Assembly (NCBI GenBank): GCA_902517615.1
Contig: CABYCY010000004.1
Coordinates: forward strand, 18,041-82,040
Reading direction: 5' to 3'
Length of the DNA stretch: 64,000 bases
Source of the DNA: an uncultured Pelagibacteraceae bacterium
GTDB taxonomy: Bacteria; Pseudomonadota; Alphaproteobacteria; Pelagibacterales; Pelagibacteraceae
Position numbers and translations under genes: made by a program. The notes beneath the pieces are model-generated. The model searched no databases. It had not been told where the DNA came from and saw nothing but the letters and a program-made list of their open reading frames with translations. Position 1 is the stretch's first letter; every line of letters begins with the position of its first letter. Below, piece by piece: positions 40,622-53,981 of this stretch.

Positions 40622-40627
40622 ATTATA

Positions 40628-41956
40628 ATGAGTGAAAAAATAGTAGTCCCAGCACTTGGAGAAAGTATTACTGAAGCCACTGTAGCAAAATGGTTAAAAA
40701 ATCTGGGGGATGCAGTTGAAGCTGATGAGCCAATTGTTGAGCTTGAAACAGACAAAGTAAATTTAGAAGTTCCATCACCAATAACAGGTGTTCTATCAGA
40801 GATAAATTCAAAAGATGGGTCAGTTGTAGAAGTAGGAGCATTACTAGGTTCAGTATCTGAAGGAGGAGCTAACAAAAACCCATCAGTTAAAAAAGAAGAA
40901 GACATCAAAAGTTCTAATGTAGCTACAAAAGAAAATAATGTAATAAAATTAGAGGCAAATAAGAAAGAGCCAAAAATTTTTGAAGATAAATCAATAGAAA
41001 AACTAGAACGTGAAAAACCATTAGTTTTAACAGATCAAGAAAAGCCTCTAGTTTTAACAGATGAAGTTATGCAAGAAGTTTCAGCTAAGAAAGAAACTAA
41101 TCAAACTTTATCACCAGCAGTTAGAAAGATTGTTGTTGAGAACAAAATAAATATTAATGCAATACAAGGATCAGGAAAAGATGGCAGAGTTTTAAAAGGC
41201 GATTTAATTGGAATGATGGGTATAAATCCAAAACCATCTGAAAGAAAAATTCAATATGGTCAAGAGGAAAGAATTAAAATGACTAGATTGAGACAGACAA
41301 TTGCTAAAAGATTAAAACAAGCTCAAGAGAATGCTGCACTACTAACAACATTTAACGAAGTCGATATGAGTAGTGTTATGGATATGAGAAAAGAAAATCA
41401 GGAAGATTTTCAATCTCGTTATGGAGTAAAGCTAGGATTTATGTCTTTCTTTGTAAAGGCATGTGTTGTTGCATTAAAAAATTTCCCAGCCGTAAATGCT
41501 GAAATTGATGGAGATGAAATTATTTACAAAAACTATTATAATATAAGTTTCGCTGTTGGGACTGATAAAGGTTTAGTTGTTCCAGTATTGAGAAAAGCTG
41601 ATGAATTGTCATTTGCCGATATTGAAAAAAATATTAAAGAAATTTCAGAGAAAGCAAGAGATGGAAAATTAACTATTGAAGATCTTCAAGGAGGAACTTT
41701 TACAATTAGTAATGGTGGCGTTTATGGATCAATGTTATCAACACCAATTCTAAACCTTCCTCAATCAGGTGTTCTTGGAATGCATAATATTGTTGAAAGA
41801 CCTGTTGTAGTTGACGGAGAAATAAAAATTAGACCTATTATGTATTTGGCTTTGTCATATGATCACAGAATAATTGACGGGAAAGAGTCAGTTTCATTTT
41901 TAAAAATGGTTAAAGAAAATTTGGAAGACCCTAGAAGGTTGTTTTTGGATATTTAA
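40628..41956 (+). CDS. sucB: Dihydrolipoamide succinyltransferase E2
   Basis: Lipoyl domain [32 protein letters not shown]. Confidence 0.98.
   Translation: MSEKIVVPALGESITEATVAKWLKNLGDAVEADEPIVELETDKVNLEVPSPITGVLSEINSKDGSVVEVGALLGSVSEGGANKNPSVKKEEDIKSSNVATKENNVIKLEANKKEPKIFEDKSIEKLEREKPLVLTDQEKPLVLTDEVMQEVSAKKETNQTLSPAVRKIVVENKININAIQGSGKDGRVLKGDLIGMMGINPKPSERKIQYGQEERIKMTRLRQTIAKRLKQAQENAALLTTFNEVDMSSVMDMRKENQEDFQSRYGVKLGFMSFFVKACVVALKNFPAVNAEIDGDEIIYKNYYNISFAVGTDKGLVVPVLRKADELSFADIEKNIKEISEKARDGKLTIEDLQGGTFTISNGGVYGSMLSTPILNLPQSGVLGMHNIVERPVVVDGEIKIRPIMYLALSYDHRIIDGKESVSFLKMVKENLEDPRRLFLDI
41012..41065 (+). repeat. Diverged 27-nt tandem duplication in the sucB linker
   Basis: GAAAAACCATTAGTTTTAACAGATCAA / GAAAAGCCTCTAGTTTTAACAGATGAA ([18 protein letters not shown]). 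Confidence 0.85.
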
Positions 41957-43357
41957 ATGTCAGAAAATTTTCAAGTAGTAGTAATTGGAGGGGGTCCTGG
42001 CGGATATGTTTGTGCTATCAGGCTTGCTCAACTTGGATTAAAAACAGCATGTATTGAGTCAAGAGGATCTCTTGGAGGAACATGTTTAAATGTTGGATGT
42101 ATTCCATCAAAAAGCTTATTAAATCTATCTGAAGAATTTCATAAAGTTCAAAATTTATCTAATAAAGGAATTGAAGTTGGAGAAGTTAAGCTAAATCTTG
42201 AAAAAATGATGAAAAGTAAGGACAAAGCAGTGACTATACTTACTAAAGGTGTCGAGTTTTTACTGAAAAAAAATAAAGTAACTTATTATAAAGGAACTGG
42301 AGTCTTCAAATCTCAAAATGAAATCATAATTAAAGACGATCAAAATAAAGAGACTATTATTAAAGCTGAAAAAACAGTGATAGCAACTGGTTCTGTGCCT
42401 GTGTCCTTGCCTGGAATAGAAATTGATGAGAAAGTTATTGTATCTTCAACAGGTGCATTAAAATTAGATAAAGTTCCAAAAAAAATGGTTGTTGTCGGTG
42501 GCGGTTACATTGGATTAGAAATGGGCTCTGTTTGGTCAAGGTTAGGAGCTGAAGTACAAGTGATAGAATTTTTAGATCATATTACTCCTGGTATGGATAA
42601 AGAAATTTCTTCAGAATTCATGAAAATATTAAAAAAACAAGGCATTAAATTTAATATGCAAAATAAAGTTGAAGCTATCCAAAATAATAAAACAGGAGCA
42701 GTTGTTTTAACAATAGATAAAGATGGAAAAAAAAATAACTTTGAATGTGATGTTGTACTTATTTCAGTTGGACGAAAAGCAAATACTAATAGTTTAAATT
42801 TAGAAGCTGCCGGTGTTGAATTAGATGAAAGAAAAAGAGTTAAAACAGACAATGGGTTTAAAACAAATATAGATAATATTTATGCAATAGGTGATGTTAT
42901 AAGTGGACCAATGCTTGCCCATAAGGCAGAGGATGAAGGAATTGCAGTTGCAGAAAATATTGTAGGTCAATCAGGCCATGTTAATTATGATACAATTCCC
43001 GGCGTTGTTTATACAACACCTGAAGTTGCATCAATTGGCAAGACAGAAGAACAATTAAAAGAATTAAAAACAAAATATAAAGTTGGTAAATTTTCATTCA
43101 TGGCAAACTCTAGAGCAAAAGCAATAGATGATGTAGAGGGGTTTGTAAAAATTTTAGCAGATGAAACTACAGATAAAGTTTTAGGTGCACATATAATAGG
43201 CCCGCATGCAGGAGAGCTTATTGCAGAAATAGGTGTTGCAATGGAATTTGGTGCTAGCTCTGAAGATATTGCAAGAACATGCCATGCCCATCCAACATTT
43301 TCAGAAGCTGTTAAAGAAGCAGCATTATCAGTAGATAAAAGAGCAATACACTCTTAA
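41957..43357 (+). CDS. lpdA: Dihydrolipoamide dehydrogenase
   Basis: GGGPGGY, GGTCLNVGCIPSK, GGGYIGLE, HAHPTFSE. Confidence 0.97.
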   Translation: MSENFQVVVIGGGPGGYVCAIRLAQLGLKTACIESRGSLGGTCLNVGCIPSKSLLNLSEEFHKVQNLSNKGIEVGEVKLNLEKMMKSKDKAVTILTKGVEFLLKKNKVTYYKGTGVFKSQNEIIIKDDQNKETIIKAEKTVIATGSVPVSLPGIEIDEKVIVSSTGALKLDKVPKKMVVVGGGYIGLEMGSVWSRLGAEVQVIEFLDHITPGMDKEISSEFMKILKKQGIKFNMQNKVEAIQNNKTGAVVLTIDKDGKKNNFECDVVLISVGRKANTNSLNLEAAGVELDERKRVKTDNGFKTNIDNIYAIGDVISGPMLAHKAEDEGIAVAENIVGQSGHVNYDTIPGVVYTTPEVASIGKTEEQLKELKTKYKVGKFSFMANSRAKAIDDVEGFVKILADETTDKVLGAHIIGPHAGELIAEIGVAMEFGASSEDIARTCHAHPTFSEAVKEAALSVDKRAIHS

Positions 43358-43379
43358 TAAATTTTCATATTATTAAGAT

Positions 43380-45335
43380 ATGAAAGTACCGATTCTTTTA
43401 CCAAATATATTTAATCATCCTTTTACTTACGAGAGTGATATTAATTTAAAGGTAGGTGATTATGTATTGGTACCTTTTGGTAAATCTAAAATTACAGGAG
43501 TAGTTTGGGACGAGTTTGAAAAAAAAAATAGTAGAAATTTTAAGATTAAAAGCGTTTTGAAAAAATTGGATGTTACTCCATTAAAAAAAACAACTATCAA
43601 ATTTCTTAATTGGTTTTCAGAATATAATATAATTCCAAAAGGAATGGCTTTAAAATTGGTTTTACTGAGTAGTAATGCCGTAGAGAAGTTTCAAAAAGAT
43701 GTTTACAAAATTTTTGATATCAATATCAAAAAAAATTCAATAGAGCTCTCAGAAGAACAAAAAAAATCACTTAAAAAAATGAATGTTTCTAATCAAAAAT
43801 TTAGGGTTCATGTTCTTCAAGGCACTACAGGCTCAGGAAAAACCATGGTTTATTTTGAAGCCCTTAAGGATATAATAAATAAGGGTTTTCAGGGCTTAAT
43901 TTTATTACCAGAGATTGGCTTAACAGGTCAATTTGAAAAAAAATTTATAGAATTTTTTGGTTTTACTCCAGCAGTTTGGCACTCTGGTATTACAAAAAAA
44001 AAGAAAGAAATTATTTGGAGTGGAATTGCAAATGGAGAAATTAAAGTTGTCATAGGTGCTAGATCATCACTATTTTTACCATTTAAAAAACTAGGTTTAA
44101 TTATTGTTGATGAAGAGCATGATCAATCTTATAAACAAGATGAGGGTGTTACCTATAATGCAAGAGATATGGCTATTTCAAGAGCATCATTTGAAAATAT
44201 TCCTATCAATTTAATTACAGCCGTTCCATCAATTGAAACTTATGAAAATATAAAAAAAGGTAAATATAGTATTTCTAAATTAGAAAAACGCTACCAAGAT
44301 GCATCGTTACCTAATTATGAAATAATTAATCTTAATGATACAAAACTAGAAAAACAATCTTGGCTTTCAAAAAAAATAATTGAGAAAGTAAATTTTCATC
44401 TTGATAAGAACGATCAAGTCTTATTTTTTTTAAATAGACGTGGGTTTTCTCCACATGTGCTTTGTAATAAATGTTTTAATAGTTATTCGTGTCCGAATTG
44501 TTCAATTAATTTAGTTTATCATAAAAATAAAAATAATTTATTGTGCCATTATTGTGGTTTTAAATCTTCTTTAAAAAGAAATTGTGAAAAAGATGGAGAT
44601 TGTGAGTTAATTTTTAGTGGTCCTGGAGTTGAAAGAATATCTGAAGAAGTCAAAAAAAACTTTCCATCTAAAAAAATTGAAATTTTTTCAAGTGACACTA
44701 TGAACAAAAAAGACTCTCGTGATAAATTAGAAAAAATAATTAATAATGAAGTTCAAATTTTAGTTGGAACACAGTTAATCTCTAAAGGTTTTCATTTTCC
44801 AAGCCTAAATTGTATTGTGGTAGTTGATATTGATCTTTCATCTCAAGGACACGATTTGAGAGGAGCTGAAAAAAATTTACAGTTATATCATCAGCTTTCC
44901 GGTCGAGCAGGAAGAACAGGCAAACCTGCTACTGTATATTTTCAAACTTATAATACTAATACTAAAATGATTTCAGATTTAACAAACAGTAATCCAGATA
45001 TTTTTCTTGACAGAGAATTAGATATTAGAAGACAAAACAAACTACCGCCATTCCAAAGATTTATCTCATTAATTTTTACAGGAAATAATGAAGTTAAATT
45101 AGAAAAGGAAGCTTTTTATTTCAAAAACTTTATTGAAACAAAAATTAATGGAAGAGTATTAGGACCAGTTAGTGCACCAATTTTTAGATTAAAAAGGAAA
45201 TTTAGAGTAAGAATGTTAATTAGGGGTTCAAAATCTCTCAAATTACAAAATTCAATCGCTGAAATTATCCTAAATTACAAATTTTCATCAGGAATAAAAC
45301 TTTCAGTTGATGTTGATCCAATAAACTTCAATTAA
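43380..45335 (+). CDS. priA: Primosomal helicase PriA
   Basis: GTTGSGKT, PEIGLT, GARSSLF, DEEHD, two CxxC-type Zn pairs, GRAGR. Confidence 0.96.
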   Translation: MKVPILLPNIFNHPFTYESDINLKVGDYVLVPFGKSKITGVVWDEFEKKNSRNFKIKSVLKKLDVTPLKKTTIKFLNWFSEYNIIPKGMALKLVLLSSNAVEKFQKDVYKIFDINIKKNSIELSEEQKKSLKKMNVSNQKFRVHVLQGTTGSGKTMVYFEALKDIINKGFQGLILLPEIGLTGQFEKKFIEFFGFTPAVWHSGITKKKKEIIWSGIANGEIKVVIGARSSLFLPFKKLGLIIVDEEHDQSYKQDEGVTYNARDMAISRASFENIPINLITAVPSIETYENIKKGKYSISKLEKRYQDASLPNYEIINLNDTKLEKQSWLSKKIIEKVNFHLDKNDQVLFFLNRRGFSPHVLCNKCFNSYSCPNCSINLVYHKNKNNLLCHYCGFKSSLKRNCEKDGDCELIFSGPGVERISEEVKKNFPSKKIEIFSSDTMNKKDSRDKLEKIINNEVQILVGTQLISKGFHFPSLNCIVVVDIDLSSQGHDLRGAEKNLQLYHQLSGRAGRTGKPATVYFQTYNTNTKMISDLTNSNPDIFLDRELDIRRQNKLPPFQRFISLIFTGNNEVKLEKEAFYFKNFIETKINGRVLGPVSAPIFRLKRKFRVRMLIRGSKSLKLQNSIAEIILNYKFSSGIKLSVDVDPINFN

Positions 45336-45370
45336 CCTTTAAAAAAAGGACTTTTAAACGAACGTGCTAC

Positions 45371-45399
45371 TTGAAGACATAATGGTCATATGCTAATTA
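45371..45399 (+). promoter_or_regulatory. Candidate promoter of the atpHAGDC operon
   Basis: TTGAAG-N17-TAATTA with TG extension at 45391; GAGGTG RBS at 45433-45438 before TTG 45444. Confidence 0.45.
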
Positions 45400-45443
45400 G
45401 AGCGTGATTTTAAAATAACCTTCAACATAACAGAGGTGCCAAG

Positions 45444-46001
45444 TTGAGTAAAAATAAAGGATTTTCAATAACTTCAGCTGAAAGATATTCTTTAGCTTTG
45501 TATGAACTTGCAAGCGAAAATAATATTCTTCCAAAAATAGAAGATCAATCCCTATCTATTATAAATTTAATTTCCTCAAGTAGAGACTTTTCAGATCTGA
45601 TTAAAGACCCAACAAATAACCAGTATGATCTTTTAAAAGTTATTGATCACATTTCTAAAAATAATAAATTTGAGAGTTTATTAAAAAGTTTTTTAAGTTT
45701 TCTAGTTACAAAAAGACGTTTTTTTTATGTAGAACAAATTCTAAAAAGTTTTATTGAAATATGTTCTCAAAAAAGAGGAGAATTAAAAGCTGAATTAAAG
45801 TCTGCAAAACAATTATCTAGTGATGAGATTACAAAAATTACAGATGAGTTAACTAAAAATTTTAGCTCAAAAATAAAATTAAACTACAAACATGATGAAA
45901 GTTTAATAGGAGGTTTGGTAGTGCAAGTTGGAAGCACTATGGTCGATACTTCAATTAAAAATAAATTACAACAAATCGAAAATAGAATGATAGAGGCATA
46001 A
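45444..46001 (+). CDS. atpH: ATP synthase delta subunit
   Basis: AERYSLALYELA, DESLIGGLVVQVGSTMVDTS; TTG start with RBS. Confidence 0.95.
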   Translation: MSKNKGFSITSAERYSLALYELASENNILPKIEDQSLSIINLISSSRDFSDLIKDPTNNQYDLLKVIDHISKNNKFESLLKSFLSFLVTKRRFFYVEQILKSFIEICSQKRGELKAELKSAKQLSSDEITKITDELTKNFSSKIKLNYKHDESLIGGLVVQVGSTMVDTSIKNKLQQIENRMIEA

Positions 46002-47537
46002 ATGGAAATAAATCCTTCAGAAGTTACAAAGATATTAAAAGAACAAATTAAAAATTTTGGTGATAAAGTTGAAGTTACAGAAGTTGGACAGGTTTTGTCA
46101 GTAGGAGATGGTATCGCTAGGATTTATGGTTTAGATAATGTCCAAGCTGGTGAAATGGTAGAATTCGCAGATGGTTCCAAAGGTATGGCTCTTAACTTGG
46201 AAAGTGAAAATGTTGGGGTTGTAATTTTTGGAGATGACAGAAATATTAAAGAAGGTGATACTGTAAAAAGAACTGGAAATATTGTTGATACTCCAGTTGG
46301 AAAAGAATTATTAGGCAGAGTTGTTGATGGATTGGGAAATCCAATTGATGGTAAAGGGCCTTTAGATAAGAGCATTCAAAAAAGCAGAGTTGAAGTTAAA
46401 GCTCCAGGAATTATTCCAAGACAGTCAGTTAGTGAACCTATGCAAACAGGTTTAAAATCTATTGATAGTTTGGTTCCAGTTGGAAGAGGTCAACGGGAGT
46501 TAATTATTGGTGATAGACAAACAGGTAAAACTGCGGTTGCAATTGATGCAATTATTAACCAAAAGAAAATTAATGAGTCTGGTGATGAGAAACAAAAACT
46601 TTATTGTATCTATGTTGCCATTGGTCAAAAAAGATCAACTGTAAGACAAATTCAAAAAACATTAGAAGAGGCTGGAGCAATGGAGTATACAACAATCGTT
46701 GCAGCAACAGCATCCGACTCCGCACCACTTCAGTTTTTAGCGCCTTACACAGGGTGTACAATGGGTGAATATTTTAGAGATAATGGTATGCATGGATTAA
46801 TTATATATGACGATTTATCTAAGCAGGCTGTTGCTTATAGACAAATGTCTCTATTATTAAGAAGACCCCCAGGACGTGAAGCTTACCCTGGTGATGTATT
46901 CTATCTTCATAGTAGATTATTAGAAAGAGCAGCAAAATTAAGTGATGAGCATGGTGGAGGTTCTTTAACAGCACTTCCAATTATTGAAACCCAAGGTGGT
47001 GATGTATCAGCATTTATTCCAACCAATGTAATCTCAATTACTGATGGTCAAATTTTCTTAGAAACTGAACTTTTTAACCAAGGGATAAGACCAGCTATTA
47101 ACGTAGGTTTATCTGTTTCTAGGGTTGGTTCTTCAGCACAAACAAAAGCGATGAAAAAAGTTTCTGGATCAATGAAATTAGAACTAGCACAGTACAGAGA
47201 AATGGCTGCTTTTGCTCAATTTGGTTCTGATTTAGATGCTTCGACACAGCAACTCTTAAATAGAGGGTCAAAATTAACTGAACTTCTTAAACAAAAACAA
47301 TATTCACCAATGACAGTAGCCGAACAAGTTATTTCTGTCTTCTGTGGAGTAAAGGGATATTTGGATGATATTGAACTAAAAGATATTGCTGATTTTGAAA
47401 ACAAAATCATCGAAAAATGCAAGTCTGATAAACCTGAAATAATTGATTCAATTCAAAGCTCAGGTAAACTCGAAGATGATAAAGAAAAACTATTAATTGA
47501 AGTAATTACTCAGCTAAAGGAAAAATTTAAATCTTAA
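46002..47537 (+). CDS. atpA: ATP synthase alpha subunit
   Basis: [30 protein letters not shown]. Confidence 0.98.
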   Translation: MEINPSEVTKILKEQIKNFGDKVEVTEVGQVLSVGDGIARIYGLDNVQAGEMVEFADGSKGMALNLESENVGVVIFGDDRNIKEGDTVKRTGNIVDTPVGKELLGRVVDGLGNPIDGKGPLDKSIQKSRVEVKAPGIIPRQSVSEPMQTGLKSIDSLVPVGRGQRELIIGDRQTGKTAVAIDAIINQKKINESGDEKQKLYCIYVAIGQKRSTVRQIQKTLEEAGAMEYTTIVAATASDSAPLQFLAPYTGCTMGEYFRDNGMHGLIIYDDLSKQAVAYRQMSLLLRRPPGREAYPGDVFYLHSRLLERAAKLSDEHGGGSLTALPIIETQGGDVSAFIPTNVISITDGQIFLETELFNQGIRPAINVGLSVSRVGSSAQTKAMKKVSGSMKLELAQYREMAAFAQFGSDLDASTQQLLNRGSKLTELLKQKQYSPMTVAEQVISVFCGVKGYLDDIELKDIADFENKIIEKCKSDKPEIIDSIQSSGKLEDDKEKLLIEVITQLKEKFKS

Positions 47538-47543
47538 TTTATC

Positions 47544-49839
<2,296 letters not shown>

Positions 49840-49840
<1 letters not shown>

Positions 49841-50232
49841 TGAGTGAAGAGTTTAAAATTGAAATAGTTAATCCTGAAAAATCTTTTCTTGTAAAAGAAG
49901 ATGTTTCAGAGGTTGTAGTGCCAGCATTTGAGGGTGAAATGGGAATTTTAAAAGATCATATTTCTATTATCTCTTTTTTAAAACCAGGTATAATTAAGAT
50001 CTTGGCAAAATCAGGTGATGAAAATTACTATGTCGAAGATGGAATTGTAGAGTTTAAAAATAATAATTTATCTATACTAACTAGCACAATATTTAATGTT
50101 GCTGTTATGGATAAATCAAAACAAGAAGATTTACTTAAACAAGCTGAGGAAGAAGCTAAAAAACCTGAGATTAATGATCAGTCTAAATATTTAGCTGATC
50201 AAAAAGTAGAAGTTTTAAAAAATCTTAATTAA
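49840..50232 (+). CDS. atpC: ATP synthase epsilon subunit
   Basis: EIVNPE, VPAFEGEMGILKDH, LKPG; follows atpD. Confidence 0.94.
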
Positions 50233-50701
50233 TTATTTTTTTTACTTTTTCTTTAACTTCTTTGTAAACATGATGTTTGAAATCAACCACAACATCAGTA
50301 ATTAAATCTAAGTCAATCCACTTCCAATCTAAAAACTCTGGATTGGATGTATTAATATTTATTTCACTATCATTTCCAATAAATCGCATTAAAAACCATT
50401 TTTGCTTCTGACCTCTATATTTTCCTTTCCATATTATTCCTAACAATCGATCAGGAAGGTTGTATGTTATGGTTCCGTCTAACTCACTAATAAGTTCAAC
50501 ACTTTTTATGCTAGTTTCTTCTTCTAATTCTCTAAAGGCTGCTTTTAAAAAATCTTCACCTTCATCAACTCCACCTTGAGGCATTTGCCAGAAATTTCTT
50601 GGGTTATCTATTCTTCTTGCAACAAATACTTTGTTTTCTTTATTCAACAATACAATCCCAACACCACTTCGCAGTGGTAAAGTGCTAAAATTTTTATTCA
50701 T
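50225..50701 (-). CDS. rppH: RNA pyrophosphohydrolase (Nudix)
   Basis: WQMPQGGVDEGE…AFRELEEET Nudix box, GQKQKWF, VVDFK. Confidence 0.93.
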   Translation of the reverse strand: MNKNFSTLPLRSGVGIVLLNKENKVFVARRIDNPRNFWQMPQGGVDEGEDFLKAAFRELEEETSIKSVELISELDGTITYNLPDRLLGIIWKGKYRGQKQKWFLMRFIGNDSEININTSNPEFLDWKWIDLDLITDVVVDFKHHVYKEVKEKVKKIIN

Positions 50702-50702
50702 T

Positions 50703-51842
50703 TTATCCGTTAAGTAATTTTAAAGCGTAATTTAACTGATTATCTGTATCAGTTTTAATTCGAAAATCGTCACTTTCTTCGCCTACTTCTATATCAGGTC
50801 TAACACCTACTTCAGAAATAGATTTGCCCGATGGGAGATAATACTTGGCTACTGTTAAACGTATTGCACCTCTGTTTCTAAGGGGGATAATTGATTGAAC
50901 AGATCCTTTACCAAAACTGTTTTCACCAAGAATAATTGCTCTTTTGTGGTCTTTAAGGGCACCAGCAACAATTTCTGAAGCTGAAGCAGAACCATAATTG
51001 ATTAACACCAAAAGAGTTTTCCCTCCGGTGATATCTCCTTTTTTTGCAAACCATTTTCTATTTTCAGATTTTTTCCTAGACTTGGTTGAAACAATTTCAC
51101 CATTTTCTAAAAAGAAATCAGTGATTTTTATTGCTTGAGATAAGAGGCCTCCAGGGTTATTTCTCAGATCTAAAATAAATGCGTTTACATTTTTGTTTTT
51201 TTTTAATTTTTTAATTTGTTTTTCAATTTGATTACTACTGTTATCATTAAAAGAAGTAAGTCTTAGGTATCCAATATTTTCATCTAGTATTTCAGATTTA
51301 ACAGACTGAACCTGAATGACTTCTCTAACAATGTTAAATGTTAATGCTTTTTTTTCGCCTCTACGTCTTACTGTTAATTCTATTCCTGAACCTACCGGAC
51401 CTCTCATTAAATCAACAGCTTCGCTTAAAGATTTTCCTTGGACCTGAATATTATCTATTTTAACGATATAGTCTCCAGCTTTTAGACCTGCTCTAGATGC
51501 AGGTGTGTCATCTATTGGAGATATTACTTTTACTACACCAGCCTCCATACTGACTTCAATTCCTAATCCTCCAAATTCTCCACTTGTTTCAGTTTGCATT
51601 TCGTCAAAAGTTTTAGGAGACATGTAAGATGAATATGGATCTAAAGATTGCAAAAGTCCGTTTATTGCTGAGTCCATACTTTCAGACTGATTAATTTCAT
51701 CTACATATTCTTTGTTTATTTTTTCAAGGACTTCACCAAAAAGATCAATTTTTTTATAAATATCAATTTCAGCAGAGATCGACAGCTTATTAAAATAAAA
51801 AATAGTAAAAAAAATTAAAATGAAGAATTTAAATTTTTTCAT
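50703..51842 (-). CDS. ctpA: C-terminal processing protease (S41, PDZ)
   Basis: LDPYSSY, GLGIEV, DLRNNPGG, SASASEIVAGAL, FGKGSVQ; ATG 51842 overlaps the rsfS stop (ATGA), N-terminal signal/anchor. Confidence 0.93.
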   Translation of the reverse strand: MKKFKFFILIFFTIFYFNKLSISAEIDIYKKIDLFGEVLEKINKEYVDEINQSESMDSAINGLLQSLDPYSSYMSPKTFDEMQTETSGEFGGLGIEVSMEAGVVKVISPIDDTPASRAGLKAGDYIVKIDNIQVQGKSLSEAVDLMRGPVGSGIELTVRRRGEKKALTFNIVREVIQVQSVKSEILDENIGYLRLTSFNDNSSNQIEKQIKKLKKNKNVNAFILDLRNNPGGLLSQAIKITDFFLENGEIVSTKSRKKSENRKWFAKKGDITGGKTLLVLINYGSASASEIVAGALKDHKRAIILGENSFGKGSVQSIIPLRNRGAIRLTVAKYYLPSGKSISEVGVRPDIEVGEESDDFRIKTDTDNQLNYALKLLNG

Positions 51843-52189
51843 ATAATAACTTTTTCTTTTGGTATTAGTTCTGACCAAATTTTTTCTAGTTCATAAAACT
51901 TTCTTTTTTCAGGATGAAAAATATGAACAATTAAATCAATTCCATCAACAAGTTTCCATTCACTACTTTCTTTACCCTCAATTTTTGAGTTTTTAAGACC
52001 ATTTTTTTTTAATTTTTGCAATACTTGCTCAGATAAAGATTGTATATGTCTTGATGATGTGCCGCTTGCAATAATCATATAATCCGCCATTGAACTCTTG
52101 TGCTTTAGATCAATTGCTACAATGTCTTCTGCTTTATTGATATCTAATGTGCTGATTATAATTTCTTTTAAGTCTGAAATTTTGTCCAT
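51839..52189 (-). CDS. rsfS: Ribosome silencing factor (Iojap/YbeB)
   Basis: KAEDIVAIDL, MADYMIIASGTSSRH, WKLVD, IVHIF, RKFYELEKIW. Confidence 0.94.
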   Translation of the reverse strand: MDKISDLKEIIISTLDINKAEDIVAIDLKHKSSMADYMIIASGTSSRHIQSLSEQVLQKLKKNGLKNSKIEGKESSEWKLVDGIDLIVHIFHPEKRKFYELEKIWSELIPKEKVII

Positions 52190-52207
52190 TAATTATTATT
52201 TAGATTA

Positions 52208-52729
52208 TCAAATTTTTCTTAATTGAGAAGATGAAATGTTGACTTTATTAAATTCAATAAATTCAAGTGAACTTTTACTTAGTTGTCTAAATGTCTTTGA
52301 TTTTAATGAATTTTTTTTATAGCCATGTCTATCAAAAGCTAAAATAATACATTTTTGTGAAATAGATTTAGATTTATACCACTTATGAAAATTAATTAGG
52401 TTATCAGCACCCATTAAAAAATAAATTTCGAAATTTTTATTTTTTTTTAAGTAATTAATTAAATTAATAGTTTTATTGGATTTTATAATATTTTCATAAA
52501 ATTTAACTTTAATAAATAAATTTGATCCAATAATTTTTTTGCAATATCTAATTCTTTTAGTAACAGAGGTTTTACTTTGAGTTTTAAAAGGATTTTTCTT
52601 TGTAATTGCCCAAATAATTTTTTTTAGTCCAAATCTTTTTCTTGCTTCTTTAGAGATTGCCAGGTGACCTTTGTGAGCAGGATCAAAAGAACCACCCAAA
52701 ACTCCTATTTTTATTTTATTTGCTTTCAA
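52208..52729 (-). CDS. nadD: Nicotinate-nucleotide adenylyltransferase
   Basis: GGSFDPAHKGH, NPFK, LMGADN, FHKW, ISSS; TTG start. Confidence 0.9.
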   Translation of the reverse strand: MKANKIKIGVLGGSFDPAHKGHLAISKEARKRFGLKKIIWAITKKNPFKTQSKTSVTKRIRYCKKIIGSNLFIKVKFYENIIKSNKTINLINYLKKNKNFEIYFLMGADNLINFHKWYKSKSISQKCIILAFDRHGYKKNSLKSKTFRQLSKSSLEFIEFNKVNISSSQLRKI

Positions 52730-52730
52730 T

Positions 52731-53981
52731 TTAGTTTCTTATTTTTCCTTTACTTGTAATTTCATACTTATATGAAACTAATTGATTTAAACCCACTGGA
52801 CCTCTTGGTGGCAAGGTGTTAGTGGATATACCAACTTCTCCTCCAAAACCGAATTCTCCGCCATCGGCAAATTGAGTTGAAGTATTATGCATCGCTATTG
52901 AACTTTTCACATTTTTTAAAAAATATTTCGCAGTTTTTTTATTTTTAGTAATTATTGAGTCTGTATGCATTGTTCCATATTTATTTATGTGCTTAATTGC
53001 TTCGGTAGAGTTCTTGACAATTTTAACAGAAACAGTTGAAGATAGATATTCAGTTTTCCAATCTTTTTCTTTTACTAGATATAATTTGCCTTTAAAATAT
53101 CTTTTTAAAGTTTTATCTCCATAAATTTTACATCCACCTTTTTCTAGTTTTTGCAAAACTGGAGTACAAAATTTTTTAACTATATTTTTGTGCATAAGTA
53201 TTGTCTCAGTTGCTCCACAAATACTTGTATTTCTTAATTTAGCGTTAAAAACAACTTCTTTTGCCATTTTTAATTTTGCATCTTTATCAATGTAAGTGTG
53301 ACAAAGCCCTTCTAAGTGGCCAATTATAGGTACCTTAGATAAGTCTAAAACTTTTCTTACTAAATTTTTTCCACCACGAGGAATGATTACATCAACATAT
53401 TTTTTCATTTTAGAAAGCATGATATCCACTAGCTTTCTTTGTTTTGAGTCAATAAATTGTATAAAGTTTTCATCAACTTTGTTTTTCTTAAGTGCTTTTC
53501 TAAACAATTTAGCTAAAGCTTTGTTAGAATTTATTGCCTCTGATCCCCCTTTTAGAATTACAACATTTCCAGATTTAAAACAAAGACTAGCAACATCTGA
53601 AGTTACATTTGGTCTACTTTCGTAAATAACACCAATAACTCCAATTGGTATTGATACTCTACTTATATTTAGACCATTTGGTCTTTTCCATTTTTCTAAA
53701 ATATTGTCTATAGGGTCTTTTAATTTAGCTATTTTTAAAATTGAACTTACAATGCCATTCAATTTATCTTCATTAAGATGAAGTCTTTTAATTAAGTTTT
53801 CTTTTAATCCTTTTTTCTTTGCAAAATTAATGTCTTTTAAATTTTGATTAATAATAAATTTTTTTTGTTTATTTATTAATTTTGCATAATCTTCTAAGAC
53901 TTTATTTTTTACTTTAGAGCTAATTTTATTTTCACATGCTTTTCTAGCCTTAACTCCTATTAAATTCATATATTTAATCAT
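52731..53981 (-). CDS. proA: Gamma-glutamyl phosphate reductase
   Basis: GVIGVIYESRPNV, LKGGSEA, IIPRGG, GLCHTY, FADGGEFGFGGEVGIST, RGPVGL. Confidence 0.96.
   Translation of the reverse strand: MIKYMNLIGVKARKACENKISSKVKNKVLEDYAKLINKQKKFIINQNLKDINFAKKKGLKENLIKRLHLNEDKLNGIVSSILKIAKLKDPIDNILEKWKRPNGLNISRVSIPIGVIGVIYESRPNVTSDVASLCFKSGNVVILKGGSEAINSNKALAKLFRKALKKNKVDENFIQFIDSKQRKLVDIMLSKMKKYVDVIIPRGGKNLVRKVLDLSKVPIIGHLEGLCHTYIDKDAKLKMAKEVVFNAKLRNTSICGATETILMHKNIVKKFCTPVLQKLEKGGCKIYGDKTLKRYFKGKLYLVKEKDWKTEYLSSTVSVKIVKNSTEAIKHINKYGTMHTDSIITKNKKTAKYFLKNVKSSIAMHNTSTQFADGGEFGFGGEVGISTNTLPPRGPVGLNQLVSYKYEITSKGKIRN

Noticed and set aside
45336-45355. CCTTT-AAAA-AAAGG hairpin after priA as a terminator
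   Set aside because: 5-bp mostly A/T stem, too weak to call
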